Source: Vermamoeba vermiformis (Eukaryota). Taken from it: 64,000 bases of DNA. Shown here piece after piece: positions 1-11,788 of the stretch. A program made the translations under genes and the position numbers. Under the pieces are notes generated by a model. That model did no database searches. It saw nothing but the letters and a program-made list of their open reading frames with translations, and was not told where the DNA came from. The DNA is taken from positions 1-64,000 of the forward strand of contig JBEWZL010000292.1 in the NCBI GenBank assembly GCA_045837725.1, given 5' to 3'. How positions within the stretch are numbered: the first letter of the stretch is position 1; each line of letters begins with the position of its first letter.

Positions 1-296
1 GTCAATTTGGTAGAAAGCGCGCTACCCCTTGAAGGAAAATTACTACACATGGATTTTTTACCATCTGTAACTTCAGCTCTATGGCATATTTTGATGTGCC
101 GTTTTTTTTGTTCAACTTGCACTTCCATGTACTATGGGTTTTCTGAATAAAAAAATGAAATATACCCAAATGCATTTTTACAATACCCTCTGATTACCCA
201 ATGAAATGGATTATGTGAAAATAGAGGAAAAAAGAGTCTATTTATAACCCGCGATATTTTTTTTTATCACCAACCAGAAAAATACCACAACTCAAT

Positions 297-1743
297 ATGG
301 CAGAAAAGAAAGGCAAAGTGTTGCTAGTTATTGATTACGCAACAAACTGGTACGGTAAGTATGCAAGATGTCAACGCTTCTGCGGTTAATTATTATTTGT
401 AGAGCGATTCAAGGGCTGCAAATTGGCTAATGGTGAACCAATTATTGTCGAGCAAACTCGCTGGAAATACATGAATTTAGAATCATGGTAAACAAAATTT
501 ACTTAAAATTCAAATTCCAATTCGATATTCGATAATCAAAAATAAATAGGCTCTAATATTTTAAAACCGCAGCTCACAAGAAGGCGTCGTTGTGTGGTGC
601 CAAAAGAACGAAGATCCGTTCCCCTTCTCCAGCCAGAAAAACGACCGTGCCGTTAAACCTGATTTTATTTTGATTAGAAATTTCCCTACCGCATTGAGAA
701 CCAATGATTTCAAGAGTCTTCTGCTTGGTAAGAGTTTCCGGTAACTACACCGGTTAAAACAAATTTACTGACAATAAATTAGGTCTCATGTTCGCTAATG
801 TGCCGGCGATTAATAGTCTGCACTCAATATTCATGTGCATGCATCGACCACTTGTGTACGCAGAGTTGAATAAGATCAAACTGGAAGTATACAAAGACAC
901 TAAGCCCGTGGTGGTTGACAAGCCCGTGGACGAACACAGCATCAAAAAACACAACGTGCAGCATGTTGGTCGCAAAGAAGTCACAGTGTTTGGTGGCGAA
1001 GAGACACCGGAACAAGAGCGCGAGAAGTTGAACAGATTCCCGCTGATCCCTATGCGCTATTATCCCAATCAGACTGACGACTTTATGCCTCCTGTCATGA
1101 AGAACGCGCTCGAATACCCTTCAGTGATCAAAGTTGGCACTGCTCACGTACGTTATAGCAATGTAATGTCCGGTCGAGTTGTTAATATTGCTATATAGGC
1201 TGGTTACGGCAAAATGTTCCTGAAGAACAAATCGGACTTTGATGACTTGAAGTCCGTAATCATGATGTCCAAGGATTACTACACGTACGTTAATCGAATA
1301 TGACATAAAAGAGCCTAGCCTAACTGTTCTCATTAGTGCCGAGCCATTAGTCAAATTCGAATACGAGTATCGCATTCAAAAGCTCGGTGACAAATACAGA
1401 ACTTTCCGTCGCACGTCAGACAACGCGTGGAAATCTAATTGGGGTGACTTGAAATTTGAAGAGTTTCCCATCAAAGACTACCAAAAGAAGTGGATTGACG
1501 AGTGTGCTAAGGTAATTGAACTACAGATGGTGAAAGGACTTGCTTTACTCACACGTGTTACATCAGATGTACGGCGGACTCGACATGTGTGCCATGGACG
1601 TACTGCGCACAGCTGACGGCGAGGACATCATTCTCGAGCTGAATGACACCGCGTGTGGTCTGCCATTTGAGTTTGAGCCACAAGACTCAGTCATCATTCG
1701 CGACATGGTGCTTGAGCGCATGAACAAGTTGTTTTGTCAATAA
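297..1743 (+). CDS. Synapsin-like ATP-grasp protein (spliced)
   Basis: ATG at 297 gives MAEKKGKVLLVIDYATNW; later exons read PDFILIRN, GLMFANVPAINSLHSIF, YPSVIKVGTAH, EYRIQK, WKSNWG and YGGLDMCAMDVL..ILELND, following the synapsin C-domain motif order. Confidence 0.85.
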
Positions 1744-1773
1744 ACACTCGGTATAATATTATATTATCTCCAA

Positions 1774-2498
1774 TCACTTGTCAACTACGATCTTCAGCAG
1801 CCCACGGTGTTGTTGACTGTCGCTGTCGATGGTATTCACTGCAGTCCACAGCTCACTAACAGTGTACCACGCCACAGGACACATCGGCCAAACATCTGCT
1901 ACGAGCACCAAGTCATGCTCAGCGTGATAGGCGACAATAGGGCTGTGATGGCCCACAGTGATTTTGTAGTTCGGTAATTGCGCGCCATCGAAGTTGAGCA
2001 CGAGGCCTGCATTCGGTGTTGTCAACGAGTCAATGATTAACTGACGCAATGAATCTTTTGTCATATTGGAGGCATGATGTCGTTCAGTAGTGATTGACTT
2101 GACAGGATAAGGCACAGTTAGGCGACAGACGATCGCATCTAGTTCGGCTAAAGTCAAGCCTTGGCGTTCTATTCTATTTTTTAATTCGACAATATCTTCC
2201 CCTTGTAGCATAGAAAATATTTTCTCCTCTGTTTTAATATTAGAACGCGAGCTGACATTTAATTTGATATTTTACCTTCAAATTCCTTCTTCGTTAAATC
2301 AGCATCGATTAAATAGGAAATCACACTCATTATACTAGCAATTCCACAATAAGTATTTCCTCGTTGCCTCTTTAAATATTTTTTCATTTTGTCGGACCAA
2401 CGGCCGTGTCCAACAGATTCGCTCTCTTTTAATAACTTTGCTCCGACAGGGCCAGCAACGGGCGTCGGAGTTGAAACAGATGGTGGACTGGTTTGCAT
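1774..2498 (-). CDS. Phytochelatin synthase-like papain-fold enzyme, catalytic domain only (1 intron)
   Basis: QRGNTYCGIAS (Gln, catalytic Cys), GHHSPIVAY (His) and LVADVW (Asp) match PCS motifs. Confidence 0.8.
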
Positions 2499-2659
2499 CG
2501 TGGTTGTGATCGGTTCTAAACTGGGACAATTAACAACCCGCTGCGGGCGACTTTTCTTTGTATTTCTCCGAATTTACGACAAGTACAGAAGAGCACGATG
2601 CCGTCAGAATGATTATTTTGCATTTTGGATTGTATAGGTAGCAGGAGTATTTAGTCACG

Positions 2660-4467
2660 ATGAATAGGTAAGAAAGTGCTGAAGTGACATACCTAACCGA
2701 AATTGAATTTATTGCTAGCAAAATTTTAAATTATACACTGCAGGCAAATTTAACCGCATTACCATTACACGTCTCTAAAAATGTTTCAATGATTTTAAAA
2801 ATTAATGTAATACTTGTAGCACAACGCCGATCGATTTTGAGAAGTTCGATCCGTCCTTCTCGGGAATCTGGAAACAGCTCGACATTTACTCGCCTACTGA
2901 TGGATACTTAAGTACACAAAGAAAGGGCATTTATTTGCGCGACGCTTTTGTGGAAAAGAAGGTACGTGGTGCTTAGTTTCAATCCCTCGCTAACTCGATC
3001 ACAGCTCGGCGTGCCAAACACAGCAAAAGAACAAGCCTCTAAGCTGATGAAGCTACTTAGATATGAAGTCGCTCGTTCAGAAGTGTATCGCTCACTATTG
3101 AAACAAATATTCAAGAACAATGCGGTCATCAACATCTTTCTCGGCAAAAACTCAGCGGCCTTTGTTGACAGCGCAGACCTGTGGACATTTGACTTTGACG
3201 ATCTGTTGAGTTTGCCCATAGACCCTGTAACAGTGCACATTCACGACCATCATCGCGAACATAACCCCAAGTTGTGTTCGGCGAGCACAGAGTTGAAATG
3301 CGGTGTCACGCAAGGCGAGCTATTGCTGCACATATTGGAAGAACGATATTACATGGGCCGTGCTGGCCACAAGTACACCGAGGCTCATTTGAAGTGCTTG
3401 AGTCCTGGCTCGTATCAGAATCAATACCGCAAAGAAATGGGTCTGCAATCGTATGTGGTCCACTTCTCTTTGTTACTCGCCGCTAACTCTATTGCAGCGA
3501 TTTGACACTGATGGCTATTCATGAAGACGGTGTTGAGCCATTGATCAACGACAAGTTCATTCCATTCGATAATTTCACCCACGCACAGCAAGGACGTAGT
3601 GACGAGTTCTACGACCAATTAGGCGCTGAAGTTATTCCCACTGACATCACTCTTGACAAGCTCAGTCCCAATTCTGACAAGCCAAAAGTCGCGCTGTTGT
3701 ACACCGCTCTCTCATCGATGCCCGTCGAAGTAGTGACACACGCAGAGAATGTCATGGAGATTGGTCAGAAGCATTATTCAACTGGTGATTTTGTCACACT
3801 GGACAGCCTTGGCATTGTCACACAATTGGGAAAGTTGGAGATTAGCAAAGCAGAATACCCACGTGACGAGCGTTTTGAGAACTTTGATCCGCGCAAGTTG
3901 GAGCTGACAATGCACGTGCTAGACATCAATTCATTTGCAGCCAAGTATATTAAGAACAAAATTGACATTCTGACACGCGAGATTGTCGTCAAGAAGAGAA
4001 TTCCGCCATTGGACTTCCCACCAATTCTGCTGCTCAAACACATGTACGAGCACGTGCACGGCAAAGAGACAGAAGCGTACGACAAGGCAGTGTTTGACTT
4101 CTTTGGGCCAATGGTCATTCACTACGCACGAAGACAGGCGTGGACGTTGTTGAACTCCAAGTTCAAAATCATCAAGCACGGCGGTGCCTTTGTCAAGTTG
4201 TGCGACTTGCCCTATTTGATTCAGAGCGCGCAAGACCAAATGACTCAGACCTGTGAGCGGGCAGGCATTGTTGTGCCGAGCGATTGGCGCACTAGTGTGC
4301 CGATTGTGCCGGAGATCGAAGAAGACATCAAACAGATCAAGATCCGACTAGTTCCGACTCTAACTAGCGCGTTTACCAAGTACGCATCATGTATCAAGTC
4401 TGAAGAGTCTTTATTCAAACTTGGCAATGAACAAGCAATCGTGGATGCGCTCGCAGAAGTGATTTGA
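2660..4467 (+). CDS. Hypothetical protein (spliced), possible metallopeptidase-like N-terminal region
   Basis: Exons join in frame across GT-AG introns (MNSTTPIDFEKFDPSF..., ORFs 2948-3505 and 3502-4467); family not recognised with confidence. Confidence 0.6.
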
Positions 4468-4843
4468 GAAAAATTTTGTTTTTGAAGTCCGTTTGTAAAT
4501 AATGTAAATACGAACAACAGTAATGGTACATATGTCATTGCGTGTCACGTCTGATGCCATGCTACTTCCCCTCCTTGACATGGTGAAAAGAAAAACAATA
4601 CTTTTGCAAATCCGTACTCCGAAAAAGTCAATGTGAGCGACGATTGTTAGGATTGCAATGGAAGTATTTTCTTTCGATGCAAGTACGCGTGATATGAGCC
4701 AATTTAGCGTTTTTATTGGTAGATCTTGCACAAAATTATTAAAAAATGTTTCTGCGACGTAAAATTCAACGAGAATTGAATACGGCGAATAGATATAAAA
4801 GAATATCGTACGTACAATTATTTATCAACACAATTACAAGTAA

Positions 4844-7740
4844 ATGCAACTAAACAAACTAGCAATATTAGTATTGCTATGCTTAGGCGTAGCTCTATGC
4901 AAGTCGACTTGCGAGAAAACAACAAGTATTCCCAAGCCACTGAAGGTAAATATTCACTTCCATATTCTCTTTCCTCATCTGAATTTTGGTTTTAGACCGG
5001 CGACTATGACTTTATCGTTGTTGGAGGTGGTACTGGTGGCGCCATTACTGCTGCTCGATTAAGTGAAAATGTATGTATTGTGATGCGAAGTTCTTCATCG
5101 TGATTCTAACTTGTTTTTTAGTTTGACGTTCTCCTGCTTGAATCCGGTCCCAAGTTCTACGATAACAACACGCAAAGTGCTTTGGTAAGCGACGCATCGC
5201 TTCGTTATTCGTACAGAATTTCCACTAATAGGCTCGTTTAGTGGTTGGCCAACTTGTTCTGGGGCAAAGATCTTGAGTCTGCTATTGGCAGCTTCAAACT
5301 CGGCAACAAAATCATCGGAAAGTAAGAAATTAGGATCAAGAGTACGTAACTTGGACTAATTTAATTTTAGGATCAACGAGTTCGGTACATTGATTGGCGA
5401 AGACGGCAAATCTTTGGGCATGCACATCCAAGAGGTAAGACTTGCAGCCACAATATTACCTGAATCTGTTTATTGATCTAATTAATAGACTCCCTTCCTC
5501 TGCTGGTACACTTGGATGACTGAAATGTCCCACTACTACCAAACCACTCCTCAGATCCACGGTCAAAAAAGGTACTTTCAGCGATTAATAATATCCTCAA
5601 GATTTATACTAATACACCATGAAGAGAAATCGTTTATCCTCGAGGTAATGTCATCGGAGGCTCATCTGCTACAAACACAATGGTCTACTTCCGCGGATCC
5701 AAGTTCGATTATGAACATTGGGAGAATGACCTTGGCTTGAAAGGTATATTGTGTAACATCTCGTATCATCACACGACCTAATCGCAATGTTTTAGGTTGG
5801 GGCGACACATCTGTCATGCCGTACTTCAAAAAATTCGAAAACAACATTGATCTTCCTAACAAGCCTGCCGTACACGGCTACAAGGGCCCTGTTCATGTCA
5901 CTATTTGTAAGTATACGCTTGGAGAATTTATCGGCGAAATCCTTCGTAATTTGCACGAAGTAACGCGAGTAAATTGCAATACTTGTAATTTCCTTAAATG
6001 GAAATCTCCTTACACAACACATTCTTACCTTTGCGTCTGTAGCCAAGAAGCACGCTCCTATTGAAGCTGGTGACGCCTGGACTCAAGCTGCTTTGAAGCT
6101 TGGCTGGCCCAAGATTGAAGACTCTAGCAACCCTGGTAAGCGAGACATTAAGTACTTGGCAATTTGACGAGCTTATTCTAATACATATTACACAGAAACC
6201 CAATATGGTGCTTCTGACTCGTGGCAATCATTCGTCGATGAGAACGGCAAGCGTAGCGACTCTTCAGCCTTTATCCGCGAAAAAGACCAACAAGGACGCG
6301 TGTGCTGGGACAAACCAAAAGAGCAATGCGATCCCAAAGCACGATTGCACATTTGGACCTACAAGTTTGTGACTAAGATTTTGATGGACGACAAAAAGCG
6401 TGCCTTTGGTGTTGAATACGTCAACTCTGACGAAGTGACTGCTTCTTCTCGGTAAAGTCATCAATCAGTCGTTGCGAGTTCATTACTGACATTTTTGACA
6501 GCTCTGAAAACGTCCACTACGATGCTGATTACGATGAGGGCGCTAAACACCACTACTCCTTCTCCAAGTGGAACAAGTTTGACATCCAACAGAAGATCAA
6601 GACCCTCGGTGCTCCTGTACACAAAGAACTCGCATTGGACTACGAAGATCTCGAAGGTCAGTACATCCCCAAGAAGAAAGACATTTCTCCCTTCATCAAG
6701 CGCGTCACTGCCAAGTACGAAGTCATTCTTTCCGCTGGTGCTGTCGGCACTGCTCAGATTTTGATGCTCAGCGGCATTGGACCTGCTGAACACTTGCGCG
6801 AGAAGAGTGTCCCTCTCGTCGCTGATTTGCCTGTCGGTCAACACATGCAAGACCATCAAGAGATTGAAATGCTCTACAAGTTCCCCAGAGAATACGATCC
6901 TGGTTTTGACTGGAAGACTGAGGCCTTGAAGGGATTCCCCAATGTCCGGGCTCACTTGCGCGGTGAACGTACCGTGCTCTCAACCAACGGTGTTATTGCC
7001 GGTGTTGAAGGGTCATCTCGCGGTCCTAAGGACGCTATTAAGAAGCCCACTTGGCACATGCATCACGTGATCATGGGTCCTTTGGAGAGCTTTGACGCAA
7101 ACTTGTGCATGGACGACGAGACTTGCACGCCTCCGTACAGATATCCTCGCAGCATGACTGAAATGTTCTCTTGGCGCGGTCTTCACGTCCACACGCACAT
7201 TTGTGAGTTGTCGGGCAATCACGCTATCGGCAAATTGGAACTGCGCAGCAACGATCCCATGGCCACACCGTTTTTGGACATGCGCTATGGTGCTTCGGAT
7301 GAGGACAACGCTGAACTTGTTGACTGTGCCAAGACTGTTCGTGAAATCATGAAGAACTCCGATCCCAAGTTTGTTGGTGAAGAATACGGTCGCTGCTCCA
7401 AGGCCATTACCGACGAACAACTCACTCAAGTACGTGCATGATATGATCTCTATATTGTTGCTGTAATTAACTTCTTCGCTAGTGCGTGCGAAACACTGTG
7501 TGGGGTCATCACATCTCGGGCACTGCTCCGATGGGCAACTGCACCACTCCTTACGCTGTCACTGACGAGCGCGGTCTAGTCTACAAGGTCAGCGGCATTA
7601 GAGTCTCTGACATCAGCTTGATTCCGACATTGCCTCACGGTAACCCTGCCGCTGTCGTCATGATGATGGCTGAGAAGGTGGCCGATATGATCAAGCAGGA
7701 CTACGGCATTCGTATCAACACCTTGAAGGACGAGTTGTAA
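4844..7740 (+). CDS. GMC (glucose-methanol-choline) oxidoreductase with signal peptide and C-terminal KDEL
   Basis: YDFIVVGGGTGG FAD motif, PRGNVIGGSSATN, VILSAGAVGTAQILMLSGIGP, WGHHISGTAPMG, HGNPAA, ends LKDEL*. Confidence 0.9.
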
Positions 7741-7821
7741 ATTCATTTTTGATATATCGCCTGATTGCTTCGCCAATAGGGGAATATATTAATACGAATC
7801 AATAAACTCTATTTAGTTTTG

Positions 7822-8512
7822 TTAATTGTTGTTGTTTACTTGTCGCGCACTGTTCGCACCCGTTGGCTCTGCATATTCTGTGTATTTTCTACGTCCGATT
7901 ATTAGAAATTATCAATCTTATTTGGAACTTACTTATCCGATCCTTTGACGCGATCAGCAGGGTATTTCGCTGCATTCATGCCAATCTTCCTCAGTGCCGC
8001 GGCTGGCAAATCGATGCCGCACTTGTTCGACAACATTATCAAATACAGCAATACATCACTTAACTCCTCGCTCAAGTGCGCTGTAAGTGTCAATCAGTCA
8101 TATTACACAATTGATCGACTTACTTTTTTCTTTTTCACTCCAGTCTATTTGAGAATTATTAGCTCAATACACTTGAGTTATTTTTGGATCTTACCATTTA
8201 ATCCCGGTTGCACTTCGCCCTTCCATTGAAAACACTCTGCAAGTTCGCCAACCTCCCCAACCTATTAAGGTTAGTAATAACAGGTATTGACGAATTATTT
8301 TGAATTAATTTTAAAATTTGTTTACAATTAGCGCGGGAAACAAGAGGATAATCAATTAAATATACCAATGCTAGGCATAAATTCCTAGGTGTATGATATT
8401 GATGCCAATCGCGTTCTGTTGCAAAGTTGGTAACCATTTTACGAAGATCTTCAAGCGTTGGTGATGCGCTGAAAGGTGTTTCGAATGGAGGTGCTTGCTC
8501 TTGCTGACTCAT
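7822..8512 (-). CDS. DCTPP1: dCTP pyrophosphatase 1 (MazG-like)
   Basis: FATERDWHQYHTPRNLCLAL / VGEVGELAECFQWKGEV / EELSDV motifs across exons. Confidence 0.85.
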
Positions 8513-8702
8513 GGTACACTGCACTGATTGTTTACAGAAAATAGTCAGTTCATCGATGTTACGAGCATGTGATTCTTGCACGTGCCAATTAAATTAAAAA
8601 AAAAGATTTTATTGTGTATTGTTTCATTTATATCAATGCACGAGCAAATCTAATTTCCTAGCGTTAAAGAGAATCCTGTTGTTGCAGTTCTTAGTGTGGG
8701 AG

Positions 8703-11698
8703 ATGGATCTAACCAAGCTTAGTCCTCCGGCTGACGTGATCCGCTTAGTATTGAAATATTTGGAGGCAGACGTACTCTCCTGCGGTAAATATTAGCAATT
8801 ATTCTATATTTAGGCTGATAATACAAAACGAAACTGACAAATCGAGCGATTCAATTTCAGATCTTCAAAATTGAAATTTACGCAATTTTATTTATTACAT
8901 GCATCATGCATTTACATTATTTAGTTAGCATAAATCTCTATTATATGCGGATCTAATAGTAAAAATTCTAATTTTTCATCTGTAGTTGCCCAAGTTTGCA
9001 AAAAATGGACCGTCTATTCAGACAACTACGAGCTATGGCAAGCACTGTGTGAGCGCGATGGATTTGTAGACCCGGATTTGCATCACTCCATCGTCAATGC
9101 GGATGCGATCGACTGGCGCCAACTGTACATCGAAAAATATCAGTATATAGCGCACGATACCGAAGAAGCTATGTACGAAATGTTTGAAGAGCTTCAAAAC
9201 AAATATATTTTAAGCGAATCTCAGAACGAGCAGCTAGTGTTGCAATTGAATCAGCTGATCGGCGAGTTGACGGCAGTAAAGAAAGGCTACAGACACTTAG
9301 AAAAGAAGATGGTGCACTACAATACCCTTCAGTCCAAATATATCATATTGAAAGAGCGATATAAAGCATTGGAAAAGCGATTGCAAGAAGTTGAAGTCGG
9401 AGCCTCAATCCGCTCGCAACAGATGAGCGAATTAAAAGAACAAATGAACCTGAAGGAGAGGAAATATAAGAAATTAAAAGAGAAGTATTTAGAGAAGCGA
9501 CAAGAGCTCAAAAACAACGGCTTATCAAATTCATCTTCAACGAACAAAATATCCAGATCTATTTTAGACTCGAGCTCTGCAGTCGACGAGTCTAAATATA
9601 GAACACGTGGTCGTACAGGAACAGTTGGTAAGTAATAAACTTCCTTATTTGGTAATATTGTTACCTAACAACACGACAGGTTCACCGCTCGACAGCTCCA
9701 CAGCCCCAATCACAATCGAGGCCAATGGTCGTGTCAAAACTGTCAAAGTGCGCATGCCTGAATCACCGACACAAGGGGCAATGTTTGAGTCCGCTGACAA
9801 CACTGAAGGCAGTGTAAGTGCGGGTAGTTCATTGTGTTAGTGTCGTACTGACAGGTGTCACAGCTCGCCGATCACGTGCTCGACAGCGAAGAGGAGTTGA
9901 TGGAACAGATCAGCGGCAACAACGAAGACGAGTCCATGTCACGCAGGTAAGTGTCGTGCGCGCATTCGTTTGACACCTGTCACTCACCGTGTCATCAGTC
10001 GCTCGTATTCAATGTCAGACGCACACAGGCCCGCAGTGCCACTGCCATTCATCACACAGAGCCACAACAACAACACTAACGCGAGTGCGTCAAATGACTA
10101 CTCGGCCTCGCCAGCTAAAAGCAAAACCAATCGCGCGCGCAACAGTTCGGTGAATTCCGACGGCAGTGACGACAAAAAAGGTGCCTCAGCCACTCCACTC
10201 GCAGGCAGCACATCGCGCATCACAGTCATGAAATCTCCGCGCGGCGAAACAAATGCAAAGATACCGACTGACATTGCGGTGATGTCACAAGTTCCGATGC
10301 CAACAGCACTGTGGCACGTGGACTTTGAAGAGCTGCATTTCAGTGAAAAGATTGGCATGGGTGCTGCAGCGACAGTGTACCGCGGCACTTATCGCGATCA
10401 AACAGTGGCCATCAAAATCTTGCGCACCGGCGAGTCATTGACCGAAGAGAAAGATCTCGACGACTTCAGAAAAGAATTGGAGATTTTAAAAACACTGCGC
10501 GCAGCAAATATCGTCACATTTATCGGTGCCACACTCGAGCCGAGACTGTGCATGGTGCTCGAATACTGCTCGCGCGGCAGCCTTCACAGCTTTTTGAAAG
10601 ATGTGTCGAAAGACTTGACGTGGGAGCTGTTCTTCAAGTGGGCCACGCAGTGCATCAAAGGCGTGCAAGTGTTGCATCAATTCGAGCCTCAGATTGTGCA
10701 CCGCGATTTGAAGTACGACAAGATTGTTAATGTCAGCATTGCTATCTGGTACTAATATGACTTGCGTTATTTTAGGACTCCGAACTTGTTGATTGACAAT
10801 GACATGAACCTCAAAGTGTGCGACTTTGGTCTGTCTCGCTTCATCACTGGCGACAAGAACAACAAGACTACACTCGCCAAGTTCCGCGGCACCTATTGTT
10901 ACATGGCCACGGAGATCTACGCCAAAGAACAGTATTCGCCCAAGTCTGGTACGGCAATTACACGTGCTTAAAGTTACGTTTTCTGACTGTCAATTTAGAT
11001 ATTTACAGCCTGGGTGTCATCCTGTGGGAAATGATCCACAAATGTCTGATAGGCAGCTATGAAAAGGTAATATATCAGACCATTATCATAATTGACTATA
11101 TTATATGACCTTTTTTGTTAATTTGACTTTAAAAGTATAAATTATTATTTTTTTTTTCGTACCTGATTTTTTTTATTATTTTTGATGAATATAATAGATG
11201 AGAGTATTAATTAGAGAAGAATACGGTAGAGATTTTTTTGACAACTTTGAATGGATGCGAAACTCCGATCCAATAACTATTAATATTTTTCCTCGATCAT
11301 CGATAAATCTCTCTTTATCTATAATAATTCTATCCATATTTCCTATAATCTTTCTTATCTCATACCTTCTTAGACAGATCCGAAAAAAATCTATTTTTAT
11401 CCTCCTAATTAACCGCTAATATGAAAAGCCCTATGCGGAGTACAAATTCATTCGCTACGACATTCAAATCCCCGTGCAAGCAGCGACCAAAAACTTGCGA
11501 CCAACAATTCCAATCACTTGTCCTGAGATGATCTCGCAGGTGATTCGCGCTTGTTGGGACTCAGATCCAATGCGCAGACCTTCGAGCGGTATTTTACTGC
11601 AACGATTCGAACAGATCAAGAAAGAATATGAAAATAATGCGAAGAACTGGGATAGACTGCGCGAATTTGCAAAGAAAAAATACTCAGAAAAACTGTAA
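8703..11698 (+). CDS. F-box + coiled-coil + TKL-family protein kinase
   Basis: N-terminal LSPPADVIRLVLKYL..VAQVCKKW..ELWQALC (F-box); kinase motifs IGMGAAATVY, VAIK, HRDLK, DFG, GTYCYMATE, WDSDPMRRPS. Confidence 0.85.
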
Positions 11699-11788
11699 TA
11701 TTACCTCGCCCTTATGTACATAATTGTATTATAGACATTATTTATAAACAAATTCTACAACTACAAGAATTACATAACATAGAAGGTC

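Noticed and set aside
11068-11428. Unusually long AT-rich segment with a 73-aa ORF inside the kinase gene
   Set aside because: Behaves as an intron; no repeats or RNA-gene motifs that I can support
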